Of a stretch of 64,000 nt of DNA, positions 18,267-27,527 are shown in pieces. How positions within the stretch are numbered: the stretch's first letter is position 1; every line of letters begins with the position of its first letter. The position numbers were made by a program, and so were the translations under genes. The notes beneath the pieces are model-generated. The model ran no database searches. It was not told where the DNA came from and worked only from the letters and a program-made list of their open reading frames with translations. The stretch spans positions 2,944,001 through 3,008,000 of the forward strand of contig CBDCXL010000002.1 of NCBI GenBank assembly GCA_965223795.1. The letters are read 5' to 3'. Source of the DNA: Nitrospinales bacterium. Lineage in GTDB: Bacteria; Nitrospinota; Nitrospinia; Nitrospinales; VA-1.

Positions 18267-19709
18267 ATGACAAAGTCTCTTCAGGACGTAACCCTTCCCC
18301 TTGGATCGTTTGAAAATTCTTCCCCGGTCAAAGTGCATCCGAACATATTTCGTGAGTCCGACATCCGAGGGCTGGTGGGTGACCACCTGACCGCGGATAC
18401 GGTGGAATTGATCGGCAAGGCCATCGGCACCTTTCTCAGGCGGGGGGGCGGGAAATTCCTGTGTCTCGGCCGTGACGTGCGCGAAAGCTCAGACCTGTTC
18501 CGCGCAGCGCTGTCGGGCGGTGTGACCTCGACCGGCTGCCATCTGATCGATATCGGACGCGTGCCCACACCGGTGTTTTATTTCGCGTTGTACCACCTGG
18601 AACTGCACGGCGGCGTGATGATCACCGGCAGCCACAATCCAGCGGACTACAATGGATTCAAAATCAGCCGGGGAACCCGGACGCTGCACGGCGGCGCGAT
18701 CCAGATGCTGCGCCGACTGATCGAGAACAAGGACTTTGAAACCGGACACGGCAGGATCTGGGAAACCGACGTGCGGGAAGATTACCTGGAAACCATAATT
18801 GGTCTCACGTCCCTTTCCCGCCCTCTGAAGGTGGTCGTGGACGGGGGCAACGCCTGTTTCGGTCTGGTGGGCCCGCGGCTTTTAAAACGGCTGGGCCTGG
18901 ACATCGTGGAGCTTTTCTGCGAACCGGACGGAAGTTTTCCCAACCACCACCCGGACCCGACGGTGGAAAGAAATCTGGTAGACTTGCAAAAGAAGGTTAT
19001 CGAGCATGGGGCGGATCTGGGAATCGGTTTCGACGGCGACGTGGACCGGATCGGTGTGGTGGATGAAACCGGCCGCATGATCTACGGCGACGAACTTCTC
19101 ATGCTGTTCGCACGCGATGTGCTCAAACGCCATCCCCGGGCCCGGGTCATCGGCGAGGTCAAATGCTCGCAGCATCTGTTCGACGACATCCGCAAACACG
19201 GTGGCGTTCCCATCATGACGGCGGTGGGGCATTCCCTGATCAAGAAAAAAATGTGGGAGACCGGGGCGCTGCTGGCGGGAGAGATGAGCGGCCACATTTG
19301 TTTCGCGGACGAATATTTCGGCTATGACGACGCCATTTATGCCGCCTGCCGCCTTATGCAGATCCTTTCAGCTTCCGATTGCAGCCTTGGAGACATGGTG
19401 GAAGCGCTTCCCAAGGCGATAGCGACTCCGGAGATCCGGGTAAATTGTCCTGATGAGAGCAAGTTCGAGGTGGTCCGCGAACTCAAACGCCATTTTCATG
19501 AACTCTATCCGCTGGTGGACATCGATGGCATCCGCATCGACTTCGGCGACGGCTGGGCGCTGGTGCGCGCGTCCAACACACAGCCGGTGCTGACGCTGCG
19601 ATTCGAGGCCGACAATCGGAAACGGCTGGAGGAAATTCAAAAGATCGTTCAGGAACCCCTCATGGGCATCGACTCGAACCTCAACTTCTACCTGCCGGGA
19701 AAGCCCTAA
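18267..19709 (+). CDS. Phosphomannomutase/phosphoglucomutase (AlgC-like)
   Basis: TGSHNP, FDGDVDR, GEMSGH, VRASNTQP. Confidence 0.93.
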   Translation: MTKSLQDVTLPLGSFENSSPVKVHPNIFRESDIRGLVGDHLTADTVELIGKAIGTFLRRGGGKFLCLGRDVRESSDLFRAALSGGVTSTGCHLIDIGRVPTPVFYFALYHLELHGGVMITGSHNPADYNGFKISRGTRTLHGGAIQMLRRLIENKDFETGHGRIWETDVREDYLETIIGLTSLSRPLKVVVDGGNACFGLVGPRLLKRLGLDIVELFCEPDGSFPNHHPDPTVERNLVDLQKKVIEHGADLGIGFDGDVDRIGVVDETGRMIYGDELLMLFARDVLKRHPRARVIGEVKCSQHLFDDIRKHGGVPIMTAVGHSLIKKKMWETGALLAGEMSGHICFADEYFGYDDAIYAACRLMQILSASDCSLGDMVEALPKAIATPEIRVNCPDESKFEVVRELKRHFHELYPLVDIDGIRIDFGDGWALVRASNTQPVLTLRFEADNRKRLEEIQKIVQEPLMGIDSNLNFYLPGKP

Positions 19710-19721
19710 AAACAGAGACGC

Positions 19722-19748
19722 GCGGCGTGCCGAACGCGCCGCTTTTTT
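19722..19748 (+). terminator. Probable intrinsic terminator
   Basis: GCGGCGTG-CCGAA-CGCGCCGC then TTTTTT. Confidence 0.6.
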
Positions 19749-19804
19749 AACGCAAACACAACTCATTTGGCGCGTGTGGCCAAACCGGATTCAAGAGGGT
19801 TGCC

Positions 19805-21427
19805 GTGGCACAAAATCAAATGTCGCTTAAAACCAAAATGGTGTCTGCGGCGTTCGTCGTTGCTCTGCTGTCACTGGGGTTTTACATGACCGGCACGCGG
19901 TCGCTTCCCGATGAAGTCACTTCCGGTTTCACGCCGGGACTGTTTCTCAAACCGAACAACGACAGCGACCGCGCAGTGGCGATTCTTTCCGCCGGGCAGG
20001 ATTTTTTCGGTTACCGCATGGCGGGCGTTCCAGACGGGCTGGGTGCGCTGGACAACGGCGATGGCACATTCACGCTGTTCATGAATCACGAGCTGCCCCG
20101 GACCAAAGGACGCGTCCGCAAACACGGGGGCCGCGGGGCGTTCGTCTCCCGCTGGGTGCTCACCAAGCCGGGGCATCCTTCGGGTGATTTTCGCGTGCTG
20201 GCCGGGGAGGATTGGATCCAGCGGGTGATGCTTTGGAACTCCGGCACGGGAGAGTTCGAATCCGTTTCCGGTGCGGCGTTTCAAAATTTCTGCTCAGCGA
20301 GCCTGATGCCGCCGGGGAGCCTGAGCTTCTCCGGACTGGGCACCGATGCGGGCATCTTTTTCACCGGCGAGGAAAGCGATGCGTATTCGGATGACGCTTA
20401 CGGGCGGGCCTTCGCCGTTCTGGTGACCGGCGAGGACGCGGGCATGGCGTATGAGCTGCCGCGTCTGGGTGACATGGCGTTTGAAAACGTCGTGCCGAGC
20501 CCGATGCCCCAGAAAAAAACCGTGCTGATTGCGCTGGACGATGCGGACGCGAAAACTGCCGACACGCTGGGTGAGCTGTACGTGTACATTGGCGAAAAAA
20601 CCGATCGGGGCAGCGCCATCGACAAGGCGGGACTGAATAACGGAAACCTGTACGGCATTCGGATTGTGGGGTTGCCGGTGGAGCACGCGCCGCTCGGCAT
20701 TCCCAAAGGCGACACCGCGCCGTTTGAACTGGTCGACCTGGGAGACCAATCCGGCGACGACGGCAGCCGCCTGTTTGAAGAAACGCGCGCCGGCAATGCG
20801 AAAGGAGTGACCAAATTTCTCAGGCCCGAGGACGGTCACTGGGACCCGGCGAATCCGAACGTCTTTTATTTCACCACCACCGGGGCGCTGTTCGATTCCG
20901 GCGGTTTCGGTTTTCGCGACCGCTACGGTCCGGGCCGTTTGTGGAAACTGGTGTTCAGCGATATTCAAAACCCGCAGGCAGGCGGAACGCTCGTGCGGTT
21001 GACCACGGGCTGGGAAGGGATGACGTGCCCGGATAATATTACAGTGGACCGCCAGGGACGTGTCTACATTCAGGAAGATCCCGGTAACCGGCCGCGGCTG
21101 GCAAAAATATGGAGATACGATCCGACAGACGCTTCGCTGGTTGCGATCGCCGAGCACGACGCCACCTGGTTCGGGATGTGGAGCTCGCACGCACTGACGC
21201 AGAACGAAGAATCCTCGGGCATCATCGACATGGAACCCATTCTGGGTGAAGGCTGGTTTCTCGCGACGGTGCAGGCGCACATCGAATTGAGCGGGAAAAA
21301 AGGCGCGAAAAACCGCAGGCGGATGGGGATCGATCCGGAGACCGGGAATGAAATCGTCGAATCGGGCCAGCTGGTGGCGCTTCACTTTCAGACGGACACT
21401 GTAAAACAGGCTATGGATATCCGATGA
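19805..21427 (+). CDS. PhoX/DUF839-like secreted phosphatase (beta-propeller)
   Basis: PDGLGA..LFMNHE, FCSA, TGEE, FENVV, RPEDG, PDNI, IQED, ESSG, QAH metal-ligand motifs; N-terminal hydrophobic segment. Confidence 0.75.
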   Translation: MAQNQMSLKTKMVSAAFVVALLSLGFYMTGTRSLPDEVTSGFTPGLFLKPNNDSDRAVAILSAGQDFFGYRMAGVPDGLGALDNGDGTFTLFMNHELPRTKGRVRKHGGRGAFVSRWVLTKPGHPSGDFRVLAGEDWIQRVMLWNSGTGEFESVSGAAFQNFCSASLMPPGSLSFSGLGTDAGIFFTGEESDAYSDDAYGRAFAVLVTGEDAGMAYELPRLGDMAFENVVPSPMPQKKTVLIALDDADAKTADTLGELYVYIGEKTDRGSAIDKAGLNNGNLYGIRIVGLPVEHAPLGIPKGDTAPFELVDLGDQSGDDGSRLFEETRAGNAKGVTKFLRPEDGHWDPANPNVFYFTTTGALFDSGGFGFRDRYGPGRLWKLVFSDIQNPQAGGTLVRLTTGWEGMTCPDNITVDRQGRVYIQEDPGNRPRLAKIWRYDPTDASLVAIAEHDATWFGMWSSHALTQNEESSGIIDMEPILGEGWFLATVQAHIELSGKKGAKNRRRMGIDPETGNEIVESGQLVALHFQTDTVKQAMDIR

Positions 21428-21460
21428 AAGCCGCGGCCCTTCTTGCGAAGGGCCGGAACC

Positions 21461-21859
21461 TTATTTTTTGGACTTTTTCTTCTTTTTGTCTTTGCTTTTG
21501 GAGCTTTTTCGGGGAGGTTCTTCCTCCTCTTCATCCTCGTCTTCTTCTTCGTAGTCTTCCTCGTCCACTTCTTCTACTTCTACAGCAGCCGGTTCGGAAG
21601 AAAGGATGCGGAATTCTTTTTTATCTTCATTTTCTTCGAGCGCCATCCACGCCATTTCCAGCGACAGTTTTTCCTTGCCTTTCTTGACAGCGGCTTCCAG
21701 TTCCATGCTCACGTGAGAACCGGGTTTCAATGTCACCAGATCGTCTCCGTGCTGAATGCAGATGGTGCCGGCTCTCAGGCTTTCCACCAGGTCTTCCAGA
21801 AACGCGACGACCTGATCGCTTTCCATTCTTTCGTTGATGACCACCGATTTCTTTTCCAT
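21461..21859 (-). CDS. Amphi-Trp domain protein with acidic and polybasic tail
   Basis: GGAG SD before ATG 21859; VAFLEDLVESLRAG...KEKLSLEMAW amphi-Trp pattern; tail EEVDEEDYEEEDEDEEEEE-PPRKSSKSKDKKKKKSKK. Confidence 0.8.
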   Translation of the reverse strand: MEKKSVVINERMESDQVVAFLEDLVESLRAGTICIQHGDDLVTLKPGSHVSMELEAAVKKGKEKLSLEMAWMALEENEDKKEFRILSSEPAAVEVEEVDEEDYEEEDEDEEEEEPPRKSSKSKDKKKKKSKK

Positions 21860-22019
21860 GTCGTTTCTCCGCTTGATGATACTTTGCAGACGGACCCGCT
21901 TGGGAAAATGGATGATCCGTCCGCTTTCCGCCTCAGCACCCTCTGTTTTCGATTTTTGAATGAGCCGCATTATACGCGCACTTTGCACCTTTGCTAATAA
22001 GTTTAAACAATTTAATTGG

Positions 22020-23120
22020 TTAATTTGATAAAGTCAGGTTACCGGTCTCCAAAATTTCCAGGCAGGTCTCACTAACAATCTGAAAATCCTTGCCACCTGT
22101 GATCTCCACCGCCGGGCAATCTGCAAGGTGCTTGAGGTAGTCTTCCACGCCGGGCTCGTCCGTCACCCTGTCGGTCTCCGGGGAATAATAAAGCCCCAAT
22201 GACTTGATGAAGGACTGCAGCAGTTCGGGCCTTTTCTGCAAATCGACGGGGTGCACTTCCGGCGGTTTGTCCATGCCGGCCCAGTTGAACACCGCGACCA
22301 GATCCAGCTCGCCTTCCAGTGCATACTTGTTAGGCCCGAAGCATTCGTCGATGATGGCGTCGTATTTTTCCTCCAGTCCCCACAGTTCTTCAGGGGGCAG
22401 CTGGGAATATGCCCTTTTCTTTTCCTTGCCGATCAGGTTTGCAAGGTCGGGATTGTGAATGATGGTTCCCGGATTGATGCGCGGATGCTTGGGGACGCCG
22501 CGCATCTGGATGGAATCTCCGGTCTTTTTGAGCAGGAGCCGGTCGTTGGAGACGAAGGTGGCGCCGCGGCTCATGAAGTTCAGAGACAGGGTGGACTTGC
22601 CCATGCCCGAGTAGCCGGCGATGCAAAGGCCCTTGCCTTTCCACTGGATGCCGGCCGCGTGGGCGAGGATGTAGCCCTGATCGAGAAACCAGTGCATGTA
22701 CTGGTTGTTGATGAAATTGATGACCTGATTGGAATACGTCTTCACCGGCCCCACGGCGAGATACTGCCCGCTGCCGAACAAAAGGTGCACGCCGGTTTCG
22801 CGTTTGCGGATCAAACGGCCGTCGGCCAGATCGGCGAATTCTTCCTTGATCCGGGTTTTTCCCGAATCGGGAAGCCGCTGGGTGAGCGCAAGATCCAGCC
22901 TCGGTTCCGGGGTTTCCAGCGCCTCGATGGTGACGTTCGGCTTGCCGCCCTTCGATGGAAACTCCTTGAAGTAGTTTCTCAGATCGTCGATGAGCCCGCT
23001 GGAATTCGTGCGCACTTCCACTTCAAAACCGCTGAAGCAGAAATTCGCTTTGTGCCCGGGGCTCTCGCCATTGGTGAGTTGGGCGCGGATTTGCGCGATA
23101 TCAAGATCTTTGTAATTCAT
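22020..23120 (-). CDS. HprK-related kinase B (GAK system)
   Basis: HAAG, Walker A GYSGMGKST, VSNDR, GVPKHPRINPGT. Confidence 0.85.
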   Translation of the reverse strand: MNYKDLDIAQIRAQLTNGESPGHKANFCFSGFEVEVRTNSSGLIDDLRNYFKEFPSKGGKPNVTIEALETPEPRLDLALTQRLPDSGKTRIKEEFADLADGRLIRKRETGVHLLFGSGQYLAVGPVKTYSNQVINFINNQYMHWFLDQGYILAHAAGIQWKGKGLCIAGYSGMGKSTLSLNFMSRGATFVSNDRLLLKKTGDSIQMRGVPKHPRINPGTIIHNPDLANLIGKEKKRAYSQLPPEELWGLEEKYDAIIDECFGPNKYALEGELDLVAVFNWAGMDKPPEVHPVDLQKRPELLQSFIKSLGLYYSPETDRVTDEPGVEDYLKHLADCPAVEITGGKDFQIVSETCLEILETGNLTLSN

Positions 23121-24012
23121 GGCCCAGTTTTTTCAGGATGTAATCGGCCACCAGCTCGGCGGCGTCGATGTTGTGTGCTTCTTTGAGACCGCGGAACCCG
23201 CCGAAAGCGGAAACCTCGAACACCATCGGCCCCCGATCCGTTTCCACCAGATCCACACAGGTGAAATCCAGATTGAAGATCGACTGCGCCTTGTCCGCAA
23301 GCTGAATCCAGGCCGGGTCCGGTTCATGCGGTTCGTATTTCCCGCCGGAATGGATCGTGGTGTTCCAGGCGGATTCACTTGCCACGCGGGAATAGGTGGC
23401 CAGGTACTTGCCGCCCAGAAACACGAGCCCGTAATCGCGGTCGGGGATGGGCAGGAACTTCTGAATGTAGATCACCGGATTTCCCGCCGCCTGAAATTGT
23501 TCCAGCGCTGCTTTCACACCCGGTCCATCTTCCAGCACCTGCATGCCGCGCGCTTTGGTGCTGTACAGGGGCTTGAGCACGACCTTGCCGAATCGCTGAA
23601 CCGCCTCGGCGGCGCGTTCGATGTTTTCCGTGATCACTGTGGGCGGCATGGGGATTCCGCCCTGGCGCAGCCGGACGGTACAAGCCAGGCGGTCGAGCAG
23701 CGCTTGAATGCACTGCGGTCTGGAGAAGATGCGCACACCCTGGTTCTGCAAAAACCCCAGGACTTCCAGCCGGTCCAGCAAATGCGGACTGTATTCCTGA
23801 CCGAGTTTCTTGACGAACAGCGCGTCCAGTTTGGCAAGATCCTGTCCGTCCTGCAGCACGGCGCCGTTTTCCAGATCAAAGCTCACTTTATCCATCTCGA
23901 CGAGGACCGGATCGTCGATGCGCTGCCGGAGCGATTCCATGAGATGGTCGCAGGACCAGTTGTCCGGCAGCCCCACCACACCGATTCTCGGCTGGTTCGT
24001 GTATTCAGTCAT
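23101..24012 (-). CDS. GAK system RimK-like ATP-grasp enzyme
   Basis: VLKPLYSTKARGM, YIQKF, WNTTIHSGG, FTCVD, FEVSAFGGF. Confidence 0.88.
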   Translation of the reverse strand: MTEYTNQPRIGVVGLPDNWSCDHLMESLRQRIDDPVLVEMDKVSFDLENGAVLQDGQDLAKLDALFVKKLGQEYSPHLLDRLEVLGFLQNQGVRIFSRPQCIQALLDRLACTVRLRQGGIPMPPTVITENIERAAEAVQRFGKVVLKPLYSTKARGMQVLEDGPGVKAALEQFQAAGNPVIYIQKFLPIPDRDYGLVFLGGKYLATYSRVASESAWNTTIHSGGKYEPHEPDPAWIQLADKAQSIFNLDFTCVDLVETDRGPMVFEVSAFGGFRGLKEAHNIDAAELVADYILKKLGHELQRS

Positions 24013-25670
24013 TAGTAGTAAAGCACCGATTCGGGAAATTTGAAATCATCGTAACTCTCGCTGTTGTGATGGACGATCTTCTCCAACAGGTACACAGCCC
24101 TCAGCAGCATGGCTTCGGCGAAATCATCGTGAATCTCAAACCGTGTCGAGGTGAACAGGGAACGGGTCACTCCCAGCGCGAGCCGCGCTTCAAACGTCGA
24201 ATCCTTGTGTTTTTTGGCGAAAGTTTTACCAAACTGGAAAAATTCTGAAATGACGTGATTGACTCGCTTGCGAATGGCTTCGTCGAAAATGGGCTGCCTG
24301 AAATTGGAAATGAGAAATACCGAAAGGTCCTGAACGTAGTCCTGTTTCGCCGAGCGGTACAGGTCGATGAAGTGGATCTTCTTCTCGTGCTGGTTGTAAA
24401 TGACGTTGTCGATGTTGAAATCACCATGAATGCGCACGCTGAACGGCGCTTTCAGCTTTTTCTCGATGGCGCCTGCCTTTTCGAGCAGCTTTTTGAGGGA
24501 GGCGGTGTTCTGGTCGCCGATTTGTTTTTCCAGAAGCTCGAAGTCGGGATGGGCTTTGAGAATGTCCTTGATCCGGGACTCGATTTGCTTGATGAATTTG
24601 GCGGATACTTCACCTTCTTTGTAGGTCCGTTCCCATACTTCCGCAAGTGTCTTTTTGGTGGCGTTGAGTGTTTCCTTGAGCGGGCCTGTCTTGGGTATGA
24701 GAAGCACCTGCTGGATGGTGCGTCCGTCCAGGAATTCCAGCAGCAGGGAGGCCAGTTTGCCGCTTTTGGTCAGGCCGTATACTTTGGGCGGCAGGCCGGG
24801 TTTGATTTCCTCCCAGGCCAGGATGCTGTCCCGTTCTTTTTCGAGCTTGTTGGCCCTGCCTTCTTTGAACACCACACGGGATTCAACACCATTAGGGCCT
24901 TTATCCCGGATACGGCGGATGCGGCAGCCGGATTTGGTTTCCCAGAATGATTCGATGGTGAGGTCGGTGACCGGGCCTTGCATGTTCCGGCTGGCCATCG
25001 TGTCCTCGAGCTCCTCGAAATCGTGGATCTTCAGTTTTTCACCCAATACGGCGAAGATGATGGCCTCGCCGATGTTGAGGATGGCGTCGCCCAGGCGCTC
25101 CAGGTAATTGATCACGAAAATCATCGTGACGTAGTTTTTGATCTCCTGGCCGTCCTCAAGGTCCTTGATGATGCTGTTCAGGTTGCGTTCAAAATGGCTG
25201 TCAATGTTGAACTCGGTGCGGCAGATCTTGAGCGCCAGTTCGATGTCCTGGGCGGTCAGCGCATTGAGGATGAGTCCTATGCCCTTCAGGGCCTCGTCGA
25301 AAAAATCCTTCAGCCTGAAGCGCCGGATGAATTGGGGATTGTCGAAATAAGTGATCTGGTTGACGATGGAGACTGCATAATCAGCGATCCGCTCCAGGTT
25401 GGAAGCGATGACGTTGACGGCGCGGATGAGGTCCTGTGCCTTTTTGTCAACGTCGGGATTGTTGATGTGGTGGCTGTAGCACTTGTTCTCGATAGCGTTT
25501 TTGAGGTTGTCGATGTAATCGTCCCGCGCATCGATTTTGGTCACCATGGCCTCGGTGGGATTGTCGAACACTTTCTGCGTGTCCTCCACCTGCTTGGTGA
25601 CCTCGATCACCATCAATTTCAGATTGCGGTCGATTCCCTTGCGGGCCAGGACTTTTTCACTGAACTCCAT
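24012..25670 (-). CDS. PhoU-domain plus APH/choline-kinase-like phosphotransferase fusion
   Basis: Two PhoU repeats (DDYID..LERIADYA; ..LERLGDAILNIGE), C-terminal HGDFNIDN and FIDLY. Confidence 0.85.
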   Translation of the reverse strand: MEFSEKVLARKGIDRNLKLMVIEVTKQVEDTQKVFDNPTEAMVTKIDARDDYIDNLKNAIENKCYSHHINNPDVDKKAQDLIRAVNVIASNLERIADYAVSIVNQITYFDNPQFIRRFRLKDFFDEALKGIGLILNALTAQDIELALKICRTEFNIDSHFERNLNSIIKDLEDGQEIKNYVTMIFVINYLERLGDAILNIGEAIIFAVLGEKLKIHDFEELEDTMASRNMQGPVTDLTIESFWETKSGCRIRRIRDKGPNGVESRVVFKEGRANKLEKERDSILAWEEIKPGLPPKVYGLTKSGKLASLLLEFLDGRTIQQVLLIPKTGPLKETLNATKKTLAEVWERTYKEGEVSAKFIKQIESRIKDILKAHPDFELLEKQIGDQNTASLKKLLEKAGAIEKKLKAPFSVRIHGDFNIDNVIYNQHEKKIHFIDLYRSAKQDYVQDLSVFLISNFRQPIFDEAIRKRVNHVISEFFQFGKTFAKKHKDSTFEARLALGVTRSLFTSTRFEIHDDFAEAMLLRAVYLLEKIVHHNSESYDDFKFPESVLYY

Positions 25671-25965
25671 TGGAATCCGAACCTTTGTGACCCGCCTTTA
25701 TCTCCAAAACCTCCTTGTCGGATTCATCCGATTCGTTCTGCTGATTCCAGCTGATCTTGATCTCCATTTTGACCTTGCCTTCCTTGCGCTTGGCCCGGAC
25801 GTCGAGTTTCAGCAGTCCATTGGGTTCGAAAATCAGCTTTTTTCTGCGCGTTCCGAAAAGCAGCCGGCCGTTCTTGATGCCTTCGCTGATGGCTTCCATG
25901 TATTTGACGATGGATTCGGGATCCTGAATGGACTGATAGCTGAATTCGTCGTTGGATGAGGCCAC
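25657..25965 (-). CDS. Amphi-Trp domain protein
   Basis: SIQDPESIVKYMEAISEGIKNG...KMEIKISW. Confidence 0.8.
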   Translation of the reverse strand: MASSNDEFSYQSIQDPESIVKYMEAISEGIKNGRLLFGTRRKKLIFEPNGLLKLDVRAKRKEGKVKMEIKISWNQQNESDESDKEVLEIKAGHKGSDSNGVQ

Positions 25966-25977
25966 GGTTGATTACCT

Positions 25978-27198
25978 TCAGTTTTGGGTAGGGCTGGGCG
26001 AACCCAACCGCTCCTTGTATTCCTGGATCAGCCGGGAACGGCTCCAGTTGGCGAGGGAAAGGCTTTTCCGGATCGCCAGGTCGTCCCAGGCTGGTTGATA
26101 TCCCACCTGACGGCGGGCCTTTTCGGTTCTTTGCAAATGCGGGGGCTTGACCTTTTCTCCCATGTGGGTGTCGTCGCCCATGAAAATGAGCAGCGGCCGG
26201 TTCTGGTTGCGGCGGTGCCGGTTGTGACGGTTAACCACGTTGATGAGAAATTCGGTGTAGTTTCTGGATTGCGGGTTCCACACTTCGTAACCGTCCACGT
26301 CATACTCCGCCAGCAGGATGGGCCAGAACTGCTCCGGATGCGGGATGATGATGCCGGCTCCCAGAGCGCGCGCTTCCTCGATGATCTCCTCGGTCTGGTG
26401 AAAGTATTCGGGGCTGAAATTTCGTTTGACGATTTTTTTGACCTTCTGAATGAACGACTGGGCCCGGTGGATCAGGCGGTCGTCGTATCGATCCTGAAGT
26501 TTTTCCACGAAATTCGCCAGCAGCTTGTTCTTGACGTGGTAAACCGGAATCCGGTCCGGGTCTGCGAAAAACAGCTTCTGCACCTTGCGGGCGCAGGACT
26601 GCACGAAGTGGATCATCTCGTCTTCGGTTCCCAGTTCATTTGCGGCTTCCTGCAGGCGCGCATCGTAACGCGGGTCGATGATGGAGTCGAGCAGCTCGAA
26701 CAACTGGCTGGAACGGTACTTGAGGGTGTGGTTCAACATCGATTTGAGCGTGTCCGCATGTTCGAGGCGTGAATTCTCCATGTGAATCAAAAGCTGCACC
26801 TTGCGGTTGAATTCCCGCGAGAAGCAGTCCACTTCCACACCGGTGTAGCAGCCGTCGTAGGATTTCAAGATGTTGTGGTCGGTGGGGATGATCAGCTCCC
26901 GTTTCTTGTTGGGGAACATATTCTGCACCCGCTGTTTGACGAGATCGATGGGCACGAACTCGGGATGCCAGTGCATGGCGACCACTTCTTCCTGCTGCGG
27001 GTACACCTCGGCCGGCGTGACGATGTTTTTGACCTGCGATTCGTTGAGCTTGTCCGAGATCAGCTCGTTGAAGGTATTTTGTTCCCATTCCAGGACCTCT
27101 TCAGTGAGAGGCACCGGAGTGTTGAGTTTGCTGTTTTCCGGAAGGGCCGATTCCAGAGTCCTCGCTCTGGCCGGTTTTTGAGAACTTACGTAGGGCAT
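25978..27198 (-). CDS. PHP-like phosphoesterase-fold protein associated with the GAK cluster
   Basis: MHWHPE, PTDHN, GVE, PHPEQ, GYEVWN, GDDTH PHP-type metal motifs. Confidence 0.7.
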   Translation of the reverse strand: MPYVSSQKPARARTLESALPENSKLNTPVPLTEEVLEWEQNTFNELISDKLNESQVKNIVTPAEVYPQQEEVVAMHWHPEFVPIDLVKQRVQNMFPNKKRELIIPTDHNILKSYDGCYTGVEVDCFSREFNRKVQLLIHMENSRLEHADTLKSMLNHTLKYRSSQLFELLDSIIDPRYDARLQEAANELGTEDEMIHFVQSCARKVQKLFFADPDRIPVYHVKNKLLANFVEKLQDRYDDRLIHRAQSFIQKVKKIVKRNFSPEYFHQTEEIIEEARALGAGIIIPHPEQFWPILLAEYDVDGYEVWNPQSRNYTEFLINVVNRHNRHRRNQNRPLLIFMGDDTHMGEKVKPPHLQRTEKARRQVGYQPAWDDLAIRKSLSLANWSRSRLIQEYKERLGSPSPTQN

Positions 27199-27527
27199 GG
27201 GGTCTCCTTAATGGGTGCGGGTATGATGGTTGGTGAACCGCTCCGCTATGCCAAATTCCAACGCTGTTTACGAGGAAGGTTCCTGCGCAAATCACGTTCG
27301 AACAATCATATCTCATCGATTGTTAGAAAAGGATTAGGATCGAATTAGAATTGGCGGCCGCGATCCCTGTGAATGAAATTCAATGTATGCTTTTGGCAAT
27401 AAAAGTAAAGTCTTTGGAAGGGAACAGCCTGATTTACATCAATTTCTAATGAGGACTCAACACGATCACAATCAATTTTTGGGTTCATGAAAGAGTAAAC
27501 TTTTGTTTATCAAGGAGAACAATTGCC

